NCBI GenBank assembly: GCA_965112155.1
Contig: OZ218101.1
Reading direction: 5' to 3' (one strand)
Length of the DNA stretch: 64,000 bases
Source: Podarcis liolepis
Lineage: Eukaryota
Part shown: positions 36,301 through 49,109 of the stretch, piece after piece
Numbering within the stretch: the first letter of the stretch is position 1
Layout of the letters: the number at the start of each line of letters is the position of its first letter
Notes under the pieces: model-generated
The model's database searches: none
What the model saw: the letters and a program-made list of their open reading frames with translations, nothing else
What the model was told of the DNA's origin: nothing
Position numbers and translations under genes: made by a program

Positions 36301-38921
36301 CTGCCACCAGAGGGAGAGAGTAGCCATTCTTCAGCAATGACAGGTTATGAAGTCTTTCCACAAGTCAAGGATCACTTCATGAATCATTGCAAGTAGCACA
36401 GCATATGTGTAGCTCCAAACTCTTTGGAAGAAGAGTGTGCTTTTAAAAATTAAGTAAATAAATTGAATGCCTCCACATAATAAAATGTTACAGATGACTC
36501 ACAATTATTAGGAGCCACTAGATTCAGCAGACAATTTAGCAGTTTCCAGCATCTCCTGCAACAGCTTCCTTTGTGAAATGTGCTGCATGGCTGTAGAAAA
36601 ACCAAATTAATAATGGATACAATGTCACTTACATCTGTATACAGGGACCTATATTTTGGTCCTGTGGAGCAAACCCTCTTCTGGATATAGCCCACAAATC
36701 AGTCAGAAATGTGACTGAAAAATTGCCTTGGGGAACTCTTTTCAGTGAAACATTTCTTTGAGATTTCCTTAAACTATAAAATGACTTTGCCTCAGGTGTG
36801 CTTTTTTTGGTACTTGAAGGATTAGTGCACAGCATTTTTGTTAGTTTAAAATCTGTGGTGGATTCACCTTATAATCCATTTGCATGAGTCACACCATATT
36901 TCTTCGACAGTAAAGGGAAAAGGACAGTTTTGGGTAACTCCTTCTGGTGTATTGTCATCAGTACAACTACTGTATGAAACAAGTGAATTTTACATTCAGC
37001 AGGTTAAGCCAATTCAGTACTGGAAAGTTTTGGATATATTATTTTGCAAGATGGATGCAAATGCTGGTCTGCGGCGGTCTTTGTGTGAGGAAACTGCATG
37101 TGGAAAGAGAGATTCACTGTTCTGATCCTTTTCAGATCCCAGGAAATTCTCACCATTATGAATGTTAACCGCACTATCTAGATCCATTTGCTTCATCAAG
37201 TACATCTTCATCAAGTACACCACTGGTACAAGTTTTGCTCACTTCATAGAGGGATCTTCCTTCCTTTCTGTGTGTTGATATGTATTGCTTTGGTACGGGA
37301 CTTCTGGGGAAGTATAGGAATGGTGCCATACATCAGGAAAGGAGTTCTATGACAGTTAGCAAGCCCCCTCCACTTTTCAATTTTCACTCTCCTGAAAATT
37401 AAGCTGAAATATGCCCCACCTATTGCCACCTGTAAATGAGGTTGTGAAATAGGGAAGGTTTGGCTCAGTCCTAGTATTACCCTGGGCATCAAAAGAGTTT
37501 GAAGAATGTAGAGACACTCAGCAAATCTGCCAGGTCACTGCCAGAAACAGTTTTCTAGAACAGCGGTAGTGTCCACTGGGCCAGTTTCTTCAATGACAGG
37601 TGACTCTAGACCAGCAGATGCATTCCTAATCTCACATTTGCCTGTGAAATGTTAGAGTAATACAGCAACACTGCCATCTTTGAATCTTGAAAGTTTTGCA
37701 GCAGCACAAATGACCGTAGCAATATTATTTTAAAATACTACTTTTCAGTGTACTGTTCACATGTAGTTCACTTGTCATGATGAAAAGGAAAATATTGCAC
37801 AAGAGGCTTCTCACTAAAAAAAATTCCTTTGAAAACAATTACAGATAAAACCCAACATTTTTTCTGCCCCCCCCCCCTTTTTGCTTTGGGAAAGGGGTGT
37901 TTTTCCAGTGTTTATTATTATGTGGCATCACTAACCTGCATCATGTAAGCATTAGGAATTGGATCACTGCATACCTCACCCATTACATTGCCTCTTAAGA
38001 AAAGGTCATTCTCTAGTATTATTTGCAGTGTGGCAGTCAAAACACTCCACAAACAGGAATTGTCTATACGGTGTACACGCTTCCTTCAGAATATTGTACA
38101 GAAGTAACTACCTTGATTTAATCTGTCTTAGTCTTAAGAAGGACTGAATTATGATACACCGTAAAGTATAAGAAGACAGATTTCACAAATGGAGTAAGTA
38201 GTTTAGGGGGAAATACTGCACTGTATATACTGTATGTACTTTTAAAAACTTGTCTGTAGATTGGCATTTGCTATTTTAGACTTCGGATTTTCCGCTAATG
38301 TCCTTATTAAACGGCAAACTACCGGTATGTTTCTTGGTGATATACCAAACTCTGGCTGCCCTGTGGCTACAACATTCGCGTTCACACATATGCAAATTTG
38401 CCCATAAATAGAATCCGATTTAGCAGGCTTCAGTTTGTGGTAGAAGACGTTCACCACATTCAAAAGGCAAAACATCAGTTACTTCCACTCTGACAGCAAC
38501 ATTGAGAGTATTAATCTGTTTGTTTCACCAAGTTGTTTTCCTTAGTAACATATTTGACAGTTTAAATAAATGTGTGTAAAGCCACAATCACTTGCCAGAA
38601 AGTAAGTACCCTTGTTCTTAATTGCTCACAATATTTGTGTATGTGTGTGCTGGAATTCTTTCTCAGCAATTAGTCTGAGCAATATCATTATCAAGATGAA
38701 GAAAAGTGACACGTCTAGCATGTTTTCACAACCATACATTAACCAAGAGCAACCATACATGGCATAAACATCAGGGAAGAACTTCGTCAGTTTGGGAACC
38801 CATGATCTACATGTATTTTGCCATCACTTATCTCTACCCTGTTTTACCCTACAAAGGAATGCTTAACAAGCTAGAGGTTAAAATATAGGAAGCTACTTTA
38901 TACCACATCAAATCATTAGTC

Positions 38922-39051
38922 CAGGCTTCCTCAACCTCAGCCCTCCAGATGTTTATGGCCTACAACTCCCATGACCCCTAGCTAGCAGGACCAGTGGTCA
39001 GGGATGCTGGGAATTGTAGCCCATCTGGAGGGGCGAGGTTGAGGAAGCCTG
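38922..39051. mobile_element. Short palindromic hAT MITE (family of 11622-11757) nested in an older repeat
   Basis: Same TIR CAGGCTTCCTCA and the same core CCCTAGCTAGCAGGACCAGTGGTCAGGGATG. Confidence 0.8.
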
Positions 39052-42000
39052 GACTAATGGTCATTCTCCTGGACTAATCTAGCCCAGTATTTACACTAAC
39101 TGGTAGCAATACTCCCAAGGTTTCAGAGAAGAATCTTCATCAGCCCTACTATGGATTCCAAGGATTGAACCCAGGAAGCCATTTCCCACAGAAAATATGT
39201 ATCCTATCACTGAGCCACAGTCTTTCCTTTATTTAAAATATTATGTCTCATCTCTTAATCATAAGGATTCCTGAGGCAGCAAACTGGATAAAGCCACCAC
39301 ATTAAAATCACTAAAAAAAAATGTAAGCAGATTAAAATACCCCCAAAAATTAAACAATAGCTGTAGCACCAAACTGTATTAAAGCCTGGATGGGGGTAGA
39401 AGGAGAAGCATCTTTAGTTTATTTCTAAAATCAATAGGGAGTCTGGTAAGAGGCGGATTTAGGGGAGTGCGGCCAGTTCGTTCACACTGGGCACTGAGCC
39501 GCAACAAAGACTTAGAACAGAAGGTGAGAGTCGGGGGTGAGCACTGAATTTTGGCGTCACAGAGGGTGCCACTGAAATTTGAAAGCCCAAAGTCTGCCAC
39601 TGATCTGGTAGAACATTCCAGAGGCCAGTTTCAGAGGCAAGGGGCCACAATAGACAAGGCACTGTTACTAGTTGCTGCACACCTCACCTCAGAAGGTAAG
39701 ATCTAGATACAAATTCAAATTCGAGTCTTCTGAATGCCTACGGTATGTAGCAAAAACTGCATCATCCACAAAGAAGGGATGTATCTGCAGACACGGATTA
39801 CTCTTAGGTATGGGGGGGGATTAAAAGGAAGGAACCCCCAATCAGGTCTATCAAAATTCAATGGCACAGAATGTTGAGAAGAGTAACAGGGTAAAAACCT
39901 GGGTGGGAAAGATGTCTCCTAATGTCAGTTGCTGAGAATCACAGTTGGTGGGGTATGGTTGAACCCAGGTCTTTCTTGTGGTCTTGCCTCATTGACATCT
40001 GTTTGGACAGTCTAACAACACGATACTGCACTAGAGGGGCCCAATCTATGTTCTTAGTAAGGAGTGGCTAGAGCAGAACACACAGAGATGAAGAGCCATA
40101 TCATTCGTAGGTGATTTCCTGGTTCACACCGTGAAGTACTGTATGTTCTCAGTAGAGAAATTAAAGAACTGAATGTGGCTGGGATTGGTCACAAATGTAT
40201 CTACCCTACACACATGAACCCCAAATACAGAGGGAAAGAAGAAAACCGGCCAATGAGGACTGAGAATGTTCAGTGCAAATGGAATATTGACTGGTTTGGG
40301 AGAGGAGGAAAATCAGGCTGTGTATACATTACCATTTATTCCACTCCAGTGCATGCCCACTGCTGGTGTTTGAAGAGGGCTGCACATGATGTAGGCCACA
40401 ATCCATATGTATCCTGCAATTTATTAAGAAATACTGCTGTTTGATATACTTTCTCTCAATCCAGTATCTATCTGATTTGAGAACAGAAGCTATGATTAAG
40501 CTGTGGTTTGTATGTTTTAGACAGCCGTTGCACATGCTCAGATGAGAGCTTCAGTGAATAGTAGTTTGATGTGGGGAAACAATCTGGTAATGGGCACCAG
40601 CTGATGTTTGTTGAAGGAAATTGTAAATCTATGAGGGATAAACTACAGTGCCCCAGAATTCTTTGAGGGAAACAATGTGCTTTAAAGATACAGTGTGTGC
40701 ACAACCTTGTTGGTAGCATAATTTAATAGTAGTTTTCATCCAGATCCAACCAATTTTCTATGCAGGAAGCACTGCTTGAGGAAAAATCTGGCACAATTAT
40801 GTATGGTGATTTTTTTCACTGTCTCCTATGGGAAAGCTGGGTCTGCCAGTTAATGTTGCCTGTGTTCCAGATACTGGTGCTGCTTATTCAGTGTTTGTAC
40901 AGAGATCTGTAAAAGACGTGACCATAGAAAAATCCAAAGGTCTGTTTGTACTTGCCATGGACAGAGATACAGGTATGCAGAATGCTTGACCAGGTCAAGT
41001 TGCTTTGATGGCTTGAGTTAAGCTGACAGAAAGAAATGGACCCATGCCAACTTGTATAGAATTTTTTACTTGTTTGTTTAGCTTTCTTTCTGTCGGCCTC
41101 TGGTGAAAGGGTACATGATGCAGGCACCATGCAGAAGCTAAGCAAGTTTGGGTCTGGTCAGTGGTGCTCTGCAGTCCCCAAGTATACTGCCAACCTTAAG
41201 TTTCATGATGGAAGAAAAGTGTGAGGTAAAAATGTACTAAATACATCCACGCCGGAGATTTAAAGTAGCTTAACCATCAACTCTTTTTCCCAGGGCACTC
41301 TGGGAATTATTGTTCTGTGGGGATGATAGGAGGGGTCTCATAATGATTCTCAGCACCCTTGACATATTACAGCTCCCAGGATTCTTTGGGGGGAACCCTG
41401 ACAGCTAAGGTGGCATAAAAGCACTTTACATGTATAGTGAGGATAAGCCCACATGCAATGCTTACCTGGGCTCTTGATTTAAAAAATAAATAAATCTTGC
41501 TTTTGAATAATGAATAACTGTGAGAACAAACCTATCGTGCAATGAGCGTTTCCTTAACCGGTAGAGAGATGAGTCAGTTTCTACACAGAGTTGTTAGAGA
41601 CAGCTCACTGCTTGGTAGCAACTGACTCAAATCAAGCAAACATTTTCCCACTACCCTTACGAACGTGCTGAAAACTCAGTATAAGTCAGTATACAGCAGC
41701 TTGGGGGAAGCCCAAAAGAGTTTCACTGACTTTTTAACCCCACACTTTTGTCCACATAAAAATGTGTAAGGCATTCCCACTGCCTAGAGCAGTAATTTAT
41801 TTTCACATTACCGTATGAAAGGTCTATTGGATTGTGCAGAATAAGAATAGCTAAGGAGATGAAGACTGAACACTTACCCCTCAGGTTACTCCTGAAGGTA
41901 GGTAATTTCACTGGGGTGGGTCGCTCTTTAGAAGTTAATGTGTGTTTTTGTTGGGGAGGGCTCCTGATCATTCTGTTATGTGGGGGCCCTGTCCTTCTGG

Positions 42001-43224
42001 AAAAAAGAATGCTGATGACAACTAAATGGGGTGATATATTAGAGGTTTATAAAATGAACCCCCCACCCCACCCCACAAACAGCCCATTGGCTAAGTGTGC
42101 TCTGTGGCCATAGAATGTTGACTGACTGTTGTTGTGCCAAGTGCCAAGATCTACTTGTTTGTGTTATTGGTCCTCCCCACAATTATCAACAGCAACAAAA
42201 CAGTTTGCCTAGCAGAGTGCCAGCCTGAAGAATTCATTTAAAACCACTGATCAAGTTTCATTTCTAACCTAAAAAACAACAACAAAAAGCTATTCAGTTT
42301 CACAGCTTGGTTTTACTTTATCTCAGCCTATGCCACATAATCTGTAATCTTATGTCATCAACATAAATAAGCATTATTTCCTGCCTGGTGAAATGTTTGG
42401 GGGGGGGGAGCGTATTTGGTCTGAACACTTAAGGCTCCCATACCAAGTATATTTACTTGCGAATAAGTCCCACTGATGGAAATAGGATTTAGGAAGTATG
42501 ATTGGGACTGGAGTTTGTTAGAAGTCACCTTGTGTACACCTTCAAATTTCTTAACAGAGTTGTGATATTGAAAATTGGAAGTGTGTTATGTACAGAATAA
42601 CCCCAAAGCACTAGAGAGGCATGACATTAAACTAAAAAAGGAATTGTTGCGCTAAATAATTTCTTCTATCATGGGGGTTTTAATGTCACCCATCACTAAC
42701 TTTGCTACATGCCCTCATCAAGTACTTTTTCCTAACTGGAGAGTGTCCATATAAACGGTCTCTTGCTTGCCTAGTGGCGGGGGGGGGGGGAGAGAAAAAA
42801 CCCTCTAAATTTTGCACAGATAGAATGTAGCCTATACAAAGGTAAAGGGCACTCAATCATTACACCACTCACTTTTGCCGCTACCTCTGACAACCGGTGG
42901 CATCACCCCGACCTCAAGGTTGCCCATAATGGGATGCAGGTATCAAATTGTTTGCACTAATGCTTGATAGGAACAAGTATAAATTGTTCATACTAAAACC
43001 AGGTGTGATCCAGATCTGTCTCCATACTTAAGTGAAATACATGAGTTCCTTCATAGGTGGAAAACAGAAATAAAGGAAAATTGGGTGCTCCTTACATTAA
43101 CAGAGGTAGAAGTTAATTTGAGGTGGTGTGCTAGGTAAGAAATTAGTAGAAGCCAAATTGGTTAGCAGTTGGAGGCACTGGTCTCACTGAAAAAAGTCTA
43201 ATCTTTGGGTGGTATGCTGTCGTC

Positions 43225-43371
43225 CAGTGGCGTAGCGTGGGGGGTGCAGGGGGGGCCGGCGGCACCGGGCGCAACATCTGGGGGTTAGGGTTAGGGGGCG
43301 CAAATCCATGGGTTAGGGGGCGCAAATTACTTGCCTTGCCCCGGGTGCTGACAACCCACACTACGCCACTA
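43225..43371. mobile_element. hAT-type MITE
   Basis: TIR CAGTGGCGTAG/CTACGCCACTA; 8-bp TSD CTGTCGTC/CTGTCGTT. Confidence 0.8.
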
Positions 43372-43996
43372 CTGTCGTTTTGCAGCTTGTGGAGGTTTGA
43401 ACCCCTATTTCTCAGTTCCAAATACAGCATTCTGTCTCCTACACAACACTGGCAAGGTCTAGTAAATCTGTGTAAAAAATTATGAGCTAGAACTCTGTAT
43501 TATGAACCACACATTCAGCAAGTTGAAGATACAGAATGTCTTAAAGGGGGATAAATAATGCCATTTGAAGTAGGTGTGAGTGTGTGTTAAAATAGAAAGG
43601 ATATTTTAATTTAGTTTAACTTGGATTATTTTTCATCATAATCATAATAATATTTTTAGAAATCTTCTACCAAGCAAATGCAGTGTTTCAGTTATATTTT
43701 ATTTTAAGAGAAGAAAAGTAAATTCACAGAGTGATCAAATGAAATCAACATGCACACTTTTTTTAAGTTCATATACTTAATTGTTTATTCTTCTTAGTGA
43801 AAAGAAAAATGCTTGTTAAAAAAACCAAACACTTTTAAAATTTACATTTGTAAAAAAAATCATCACACTGATTTCCAAAGCTAATGTACAAATTTCTAAA
43901 ACATGTTCACCTTTCCTAAAGTTTCAAAAATTAAAACTGCTGTTGAAGGGAGGCAGTGTTTAGTCTCTGAGAGGCAGATACGGTAAATTAAACAAC

Positions 43997-44063
43997 GTGG
44001 TGCCTGGCATGCTCTGGTCCATAGGGTCACGAAGAGTCGGACACGACTAAACAACAATAACAA
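43997..44063 (+). mobile_element. BovB/RTE LINE 3' tail
   Basis: GCCTGGCATGCTCTGGTCCATAGGGTCACGAAGAGTCGGACACGACTAAAC followed by (CAA)n-like tail. Confidence 0.7.
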
Positions 44064-45074
44064 GTTCTTGTTCTGATGGTAAGTTGAATGAAAAAACATT
44101 AAAGAAACTCAATACTTAAAATCAGTGGTGAGCATAGGCGTCTTTTATTCTAGAAATCAGTTATCCTCAATCATGAGTCATGCATGAGATCAAGAGAAAT
44201 ATCTAGTACTGATCTCCCAGCAACTGATCTAAGTCAACAGATTATAATTGTCTGAAGAGTTCTTTTTTGTGCTGAATAATTTTTATTCTTCCTGTGAAAT
44301 TTTAACTTTCCAATACTTATTGTACCATTTTACACAAATGAGATTTACAAAAGGAAAAAATATTTTATGTATATATTTCTGTATGTATATAATTTTATGT
44401 ATATAATTCTTTCAAAACCCCCTCTAAAATTATTATAACAGCATTATTTAAGGTTGTCATCCTATATAGTCTTATCACGGCACAGTGCAACTTACATTTT
44501 CAAGTATACATAGGATTGTGTTAAACTAAAATAGTTTTTACATGTAATAGTGCAGACACTGAGAGTTGAAAATGCAGATAAACAAAAAAAGTATAGATTT
44601 TAAAAGAATCCTGAACAATTCAGTATTATAGCATTTAACAAGAAAAGATGCAGAATATAACAAAAAAATGCATTCTAAACTAATTTTTCTATGTTAATAA
44701 GATTTTATTAAAGAGGCACATATGAGTTGGTTTGGTTGCTCTGAGTTTGTAATATTGTACTTCTTATGGAACAGCAGAATATTGACCTAAAGTTTTCCAC
44801 GGTTTGTTTCTTATTGGTTGGTAAGCCTCTTGGTGTAATTGCCTAATAACCTTCAAGTCTGCTAATATTACAGACTATATTCCAATTGAACTTTGTAATT
44901 GGCTACATGGTTTAAGATAAGAAACATGCCATTTTATGAAATACAATCATATTACAGTCAATTAACTTTTTTGATTTGTTCTAATCTTTTCATTTTCTTA
45001 CATTTCCATTACCTCCTTCTCTTGATCTTACTCTTGACATGGAGGCACTCGATCTTTCAGAATTATGACTCTTG

Positions 45075-46157
45075 TCAGAATGATACTGACCTCCTTCTCT
45101 TCCTAGAAACATCTTCCCTGTGGGCAAACACAGTCAAGGAGTAGCTAAGGCGAGTGTCCGAGCTATCAGAACTGGTTCCAAAGTTGTTGGCCTTTGTGCA
45201 CGGAGTTATACATTGCATCATTGCCCTACGGATGTAGTCATCAAAGAAGTAGTAGATGAAAGGGTTTGTGCAGCTGTTGGCAAACGCAAATGGGCCACTC
45301 AGTTCCATACCGATATGGGCAACTTTGTAGGGAAGGCAGAAAGGTGGCTTCAGTTCCTGGATTGCAGACATCAGAGCTAGAAACTTAAAAATGTTGAAAG
45401 GAGCCCAAGATAAAACAAAAATGATCACTACAGTGAAGACAATTTTGATGGATTTCTTCAGCTTTTTATCATGTTTTCCAGATTTCTGATAATGCACACA
45501 GAGTTTCTTGGTGATGGAGCAATAAAAAGTCAAGATGATGAACAGAGGAACAAAGAACGCCAAAATTAGAAGCAGCAGCGACCCAATCCGGTGAGTGGAT
45601 GTGATTTCCTTGTCCACACAATATGTGCTGTTGTCATATCTCCTCAGCTCTCTGGACAGAAGGGTTGGCAACCCAAGTAGGCAGGACAGAATCCAGGCAC
45701 AAGTGCAAAGGATGATGGAATACAGCTTTGTTCTGATCCTCCTAGCCACTGATGGGTACATGATTGCCAGGTACCGATCGCTACTCATGCAAGTGAGGAG
45801 AAAGACGGTGCAGTACATGTTGACTGAGATGGTGTAGGAGCTGCCTTTGCAGAGAAAAGAGCCAGATCTCCAAAGTCCCGAGGTCCTCTCTTTGTCTACC
45901 CAAAAGGGTAATGTGATAAGGAATATAAAATCAGACACTGCCAAGTTGACAATGAAGATATCAATTAGCCTCTGAACCCGTCGTTTGAAGATTAGCGCTC
46001 CTATTAGAAGGGCATTGCCAACAATCCCCACCAGGAATACAATGGTATAGAGAGCAGGCAGGAAAATGTGTTTGTAAGGCAATTCCACAGCTGAGCAGTT
46101 ATCTTCAGGAGAATCTGTGTAGAAATAGTAATCATAGCTAGAAGTTGATTTCTCCAT
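45075..46157 (-). CDS. GPR15: G protein-coupled receptor 15, single exon, 360 aa
   Basis: Seven-TM class A GPCR: Tyr-rich N-terminus (SYDYYFYTDS), GN in TM1, LAVSD, DRY, SWAPF, NSCTNPFIY and C-terminus RRRSVSF*. Lies head-to-head with CLDND1, as in mammals. Confidence 0.95.
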   Translation of the reverse strand: MEKSTSSYDYYFYTDSPEDNCSAVELPYKHIFLPALYTIVFLVGIVGNALLIGALIFKRRVQRLIDIFIVNLAVSDFIFLITLPFWVDKERTSGLWRSGSFLCKGSSYTISVNMYCTVFLLTCMSSDRYLAIMYPSVARRIRTKLYSIILCTCAWILSCLLGLPTLLSRELRRYDNSTYCVDKEITSTHRIGSLLLLILAFFVPLFIILTFYCSITKKLCVHYQKSGKHDKKLKKSIKIVFTVVIIFVLSWAPFNIFKFLALMSAIQELKPPFCLPYKVAHIGMELSGPFAFANSCTNPFIYYFFDDYIRRAMMQCITPCTKANNFGTSSDSSDTRLSYSLTVFAHREDVSRKRRRSVSF

Positions 46158-47114
46158 CTCAAAAATGATTTGTGCGAAGAAGCTTTCAGCACTTTTATGT
46201 TCTTTTTGGCACTACAGATGACAGTTCTCGTCTTTTTTCCTTTCAGTTTCTTCCAGATGATCAGAAAAATCTGACGTACAACATATCAATCTCTGACTAG
46301 GCATTTAAATGTCTAGCACAGAATGGGAGGGCCTGGTTTGATTTGACCAACCAGCATGCATATACAGGCAGCTTTGATCGTAAAATATGGTAGGGTGGGT
46401 TTCCTTGAAATTTTAGGAAGTGGGGAGGGGAGAGGTTTAAGTTTCTTCGTAAATACAATTTATTAGTTGAGGTTTTTGAGGTTATAGATGGTTAGCAGAA
46501 GTAAGAAAGTGGTGAATTCAGTTCGTCAGGGTGGGTTGTTATTTAAATAACCGTTAGCTTGTCTAATCTGTGTTTCTAAACTTGGGAGGGTTCCACTCCC
46601 GCAAGCTTTACCAATTGACATGTTGCTGTTATTTGTAGAATGAATGTCCAACGCCTTCTCAATTCTGACAGCAGCAAAATCTTGCGAACAAAGATGTGCT
46701 TTAAAACTTCTACCTGACCTTTAATGTCAGATTTTATTCTATATTGCTCTTAAAAACAGTATCTTGCTCTTATATCTTTTCTGAAGCATTTAAATACTCT
46801 TTTCTTCACTTCAAGTTTTGGTCCACCCTGTTAGTTGCAGCACGAGAAAAAATATATATCAGGGTCACAGGTGAAGGAAAATGAATTTATGGGATGGTAG
46901 AGCTTTGCCCCACAGATTAAGACTTCTCATTGAGAAACAGAAGGATATTTTGCATTCATGCTACAATCATAAACAGATTTTATTTGAAAAAAGTCCTGTT
47001 CATTTTTGTGGCTTTAACAAAAGGATGCTTAGGATTGCAACCTTGTTTTAAACTCTGTTTAATTTGTATGTGAACTGTCTTTTCTTTGAGTAACCATAGA
47101 GGGAGAGACTATGG

Positions 47115-47489
47115 CAGTGGTTCTCAAAGGGTGTGGTGTGCCACAATTGGGTGGCAGAAGAGGATAGCAAATGTGGCAGGAAAATTCAAGGACAATTAAA
47201 AAAAAAACATTTAAGCATTTCAGTGCAGTATACTATCAATGGGGGGGGGGGGGTATACAACCAGAAACAGTATCCAATGCCTTTCTTCAGGAGCACTGGT
47301 TATTCTTCTACAATTCTCCATGACATATTGTTGTGAACAGAGATTTTCACAGAGCTTTTTTGTTGACAGAGCTATATCTAGGCCCCTTGCACCCTTGGCA
47401 AGGAAGTATATCGGCACCTGCTCCCCATTTGCACAAGCAAATTTTTTTTCTGAAAGTGTGGCCCAGAGAAAAACAATTGAGAACCACTG
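47115..47489. mobile_element. Old hAT-like non-autonomous element
   Basis: TIR CAGTGGTTCTCAA / TTGAGAACCACTG; TSD degenerate. Confidence 0.6.
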
Positions 47490-48459
47490 GGCTACTTCTC
47501 TACAGAGCCATCTATGCCTTTACTTGAACTAAGCTTCATAACAACTGGGGACACATACGTATTGTAATTTGTTACTCCAAGAATGCTACTTTATTGAACC
47601 TATCTAAAAGTTCTAGACAGATTCCCAAGAAAATTGTAAATAAAATTGTGCCAAGGTAAAACCTGTTATGCCACATCTCATCTTGCATTATCAGGGAGAT
47701 GTCATCTCTATTCCTGTCATGCAAGACTAGCTAGATTATGGTAAGCATATGAGTACTCAGTGAAAGCCCATCAAATTCCAAAACATCATAAGAAGATAAA
47801 CCCTAGCAACCTGGTATGTGTCATTTCTCTCACACACTGAGTTCTCTGAGAGCTGAAGAAAGAACCAGCAATCAGTAGTAGAACACAGCTTTGGTGAGTA
47901 TGGTAATCCTCTATGTGTATACTGAGGTCTATGGGCCTTGCTCTTAGGTAGGGATGAATGAATCTGTCAATTTTGGTTTTCTTTTTCTCATTTTTACTGC
48001 CTTAATTTCAGCTCCACACATTTTCACACTAGTTTGCAAAAAAAAAAAGTCCATCAGCATTTTAATGTGAATTTATCCAAATGCAGTACTATATTCTATT
48101 ACATTATAAACTTGATAGGCACGAGCTTCAGGGGTGCGGTAAGTAACAACAATTTTAAAGCATTCTATAAACATATTTTATAAGTGCAATAAAGTGACGT
48201 TTTTTACATGCCAGGACAGTTGCCACCTTAAAAACACACACACACAACACTGGCAGAGTTCCTATGCCAGGAGTTCAACAGGTGAACATGTTTCCAAAGG
48301 GATGAGAGATGCTTGTGTTTTGGTGAAACTCCAAAATACCTTACGCCCTTAAGGTTGCAGCCCTTACCTGGGAGAAAGCCCCCTTTGATTTAATTTACGT
48401 TACTTCTGATAAGTACAGAAAGGCTATCACTATATATAAGGCACTGGAACCATGGCAGG

Positions 48460-48960
48460 AAGAGCGCGGCGGCAACTGAACGCTGAACCGAATTAAGAAC
48501 TGAAAGCAGTTTGTCCATTGAGAAGCAACCTCCCCGCATTCCAGCGCCTTTGGTCAGCGAGACTACAATACCCAGGATGCAAATGGAAAGCGCCTCTCCT
48601 CAAGATCTCGGGCCAACAAACAAAGCGCCTCCCACCTTGGTTTCTTAGCGGAGCGCCGCCGTCGATGCGGCCAGAACTACATTCCCCAGGGTGCCTGGCG
48701 GTCGGGGGCGGATGAGCGTCTCCGAGAGAGGAGGAGGAGGAGGAGGGAGGAGGAAAAGACCCCTCCCCCGTCCCCAGGCTAAGCGTCGGCCGAGGGTGGG
48801 TGGTGGAAGCGGCGCCGTGGAGTCGGGAGGAGGATGGGAGGTGAGTATGGACGGGCCCGGCTCCCTTCCTCACCCGGAATTCATGAGTGGGATAGTACTG
48901 GGGTTGGGGGGTGTCCGGAAAGAGTCCATGGAGGTGCGGGAGACCCGTGGCTTATATTTT
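48460..48960 (+). promoter_or_regulatory. CpG-island promoter/exon 1 of CLDND1
   Basis: CpG-rich, GC box GGGGCGG near 48705, ZNF143-like ACTACAATACCCAG and ACTACATTCCCCAG motifs, splice donor at 48841. Confidence 0.7.
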
Positions 48961-49062
48961 GATGGACATCTCCAAGAAGCAGGAAAGCCCACCAAACACA
49001 CCCTGCCCGCAACGCTGGCAGGTTCAGCCCTGCAGTTCGACAGAGTCTGCAGGCACCTGTCC

Positions 49063-49109
49063 ATTATTATTATTATTATTATTATTACTACTACTACTAC
49101 TACTACTAC
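49063..49109. repeat. Compound (ATT)n(ACT)n microsatellite
   Basis: Directly visible. Confidence 0.9.

Noticed and set aside
40871-40939. DTGA motif as a retroviral aspartyl protease
   Set aside because: Only a 4-residue match; no gag/pol context, LTRs or extended ORF.
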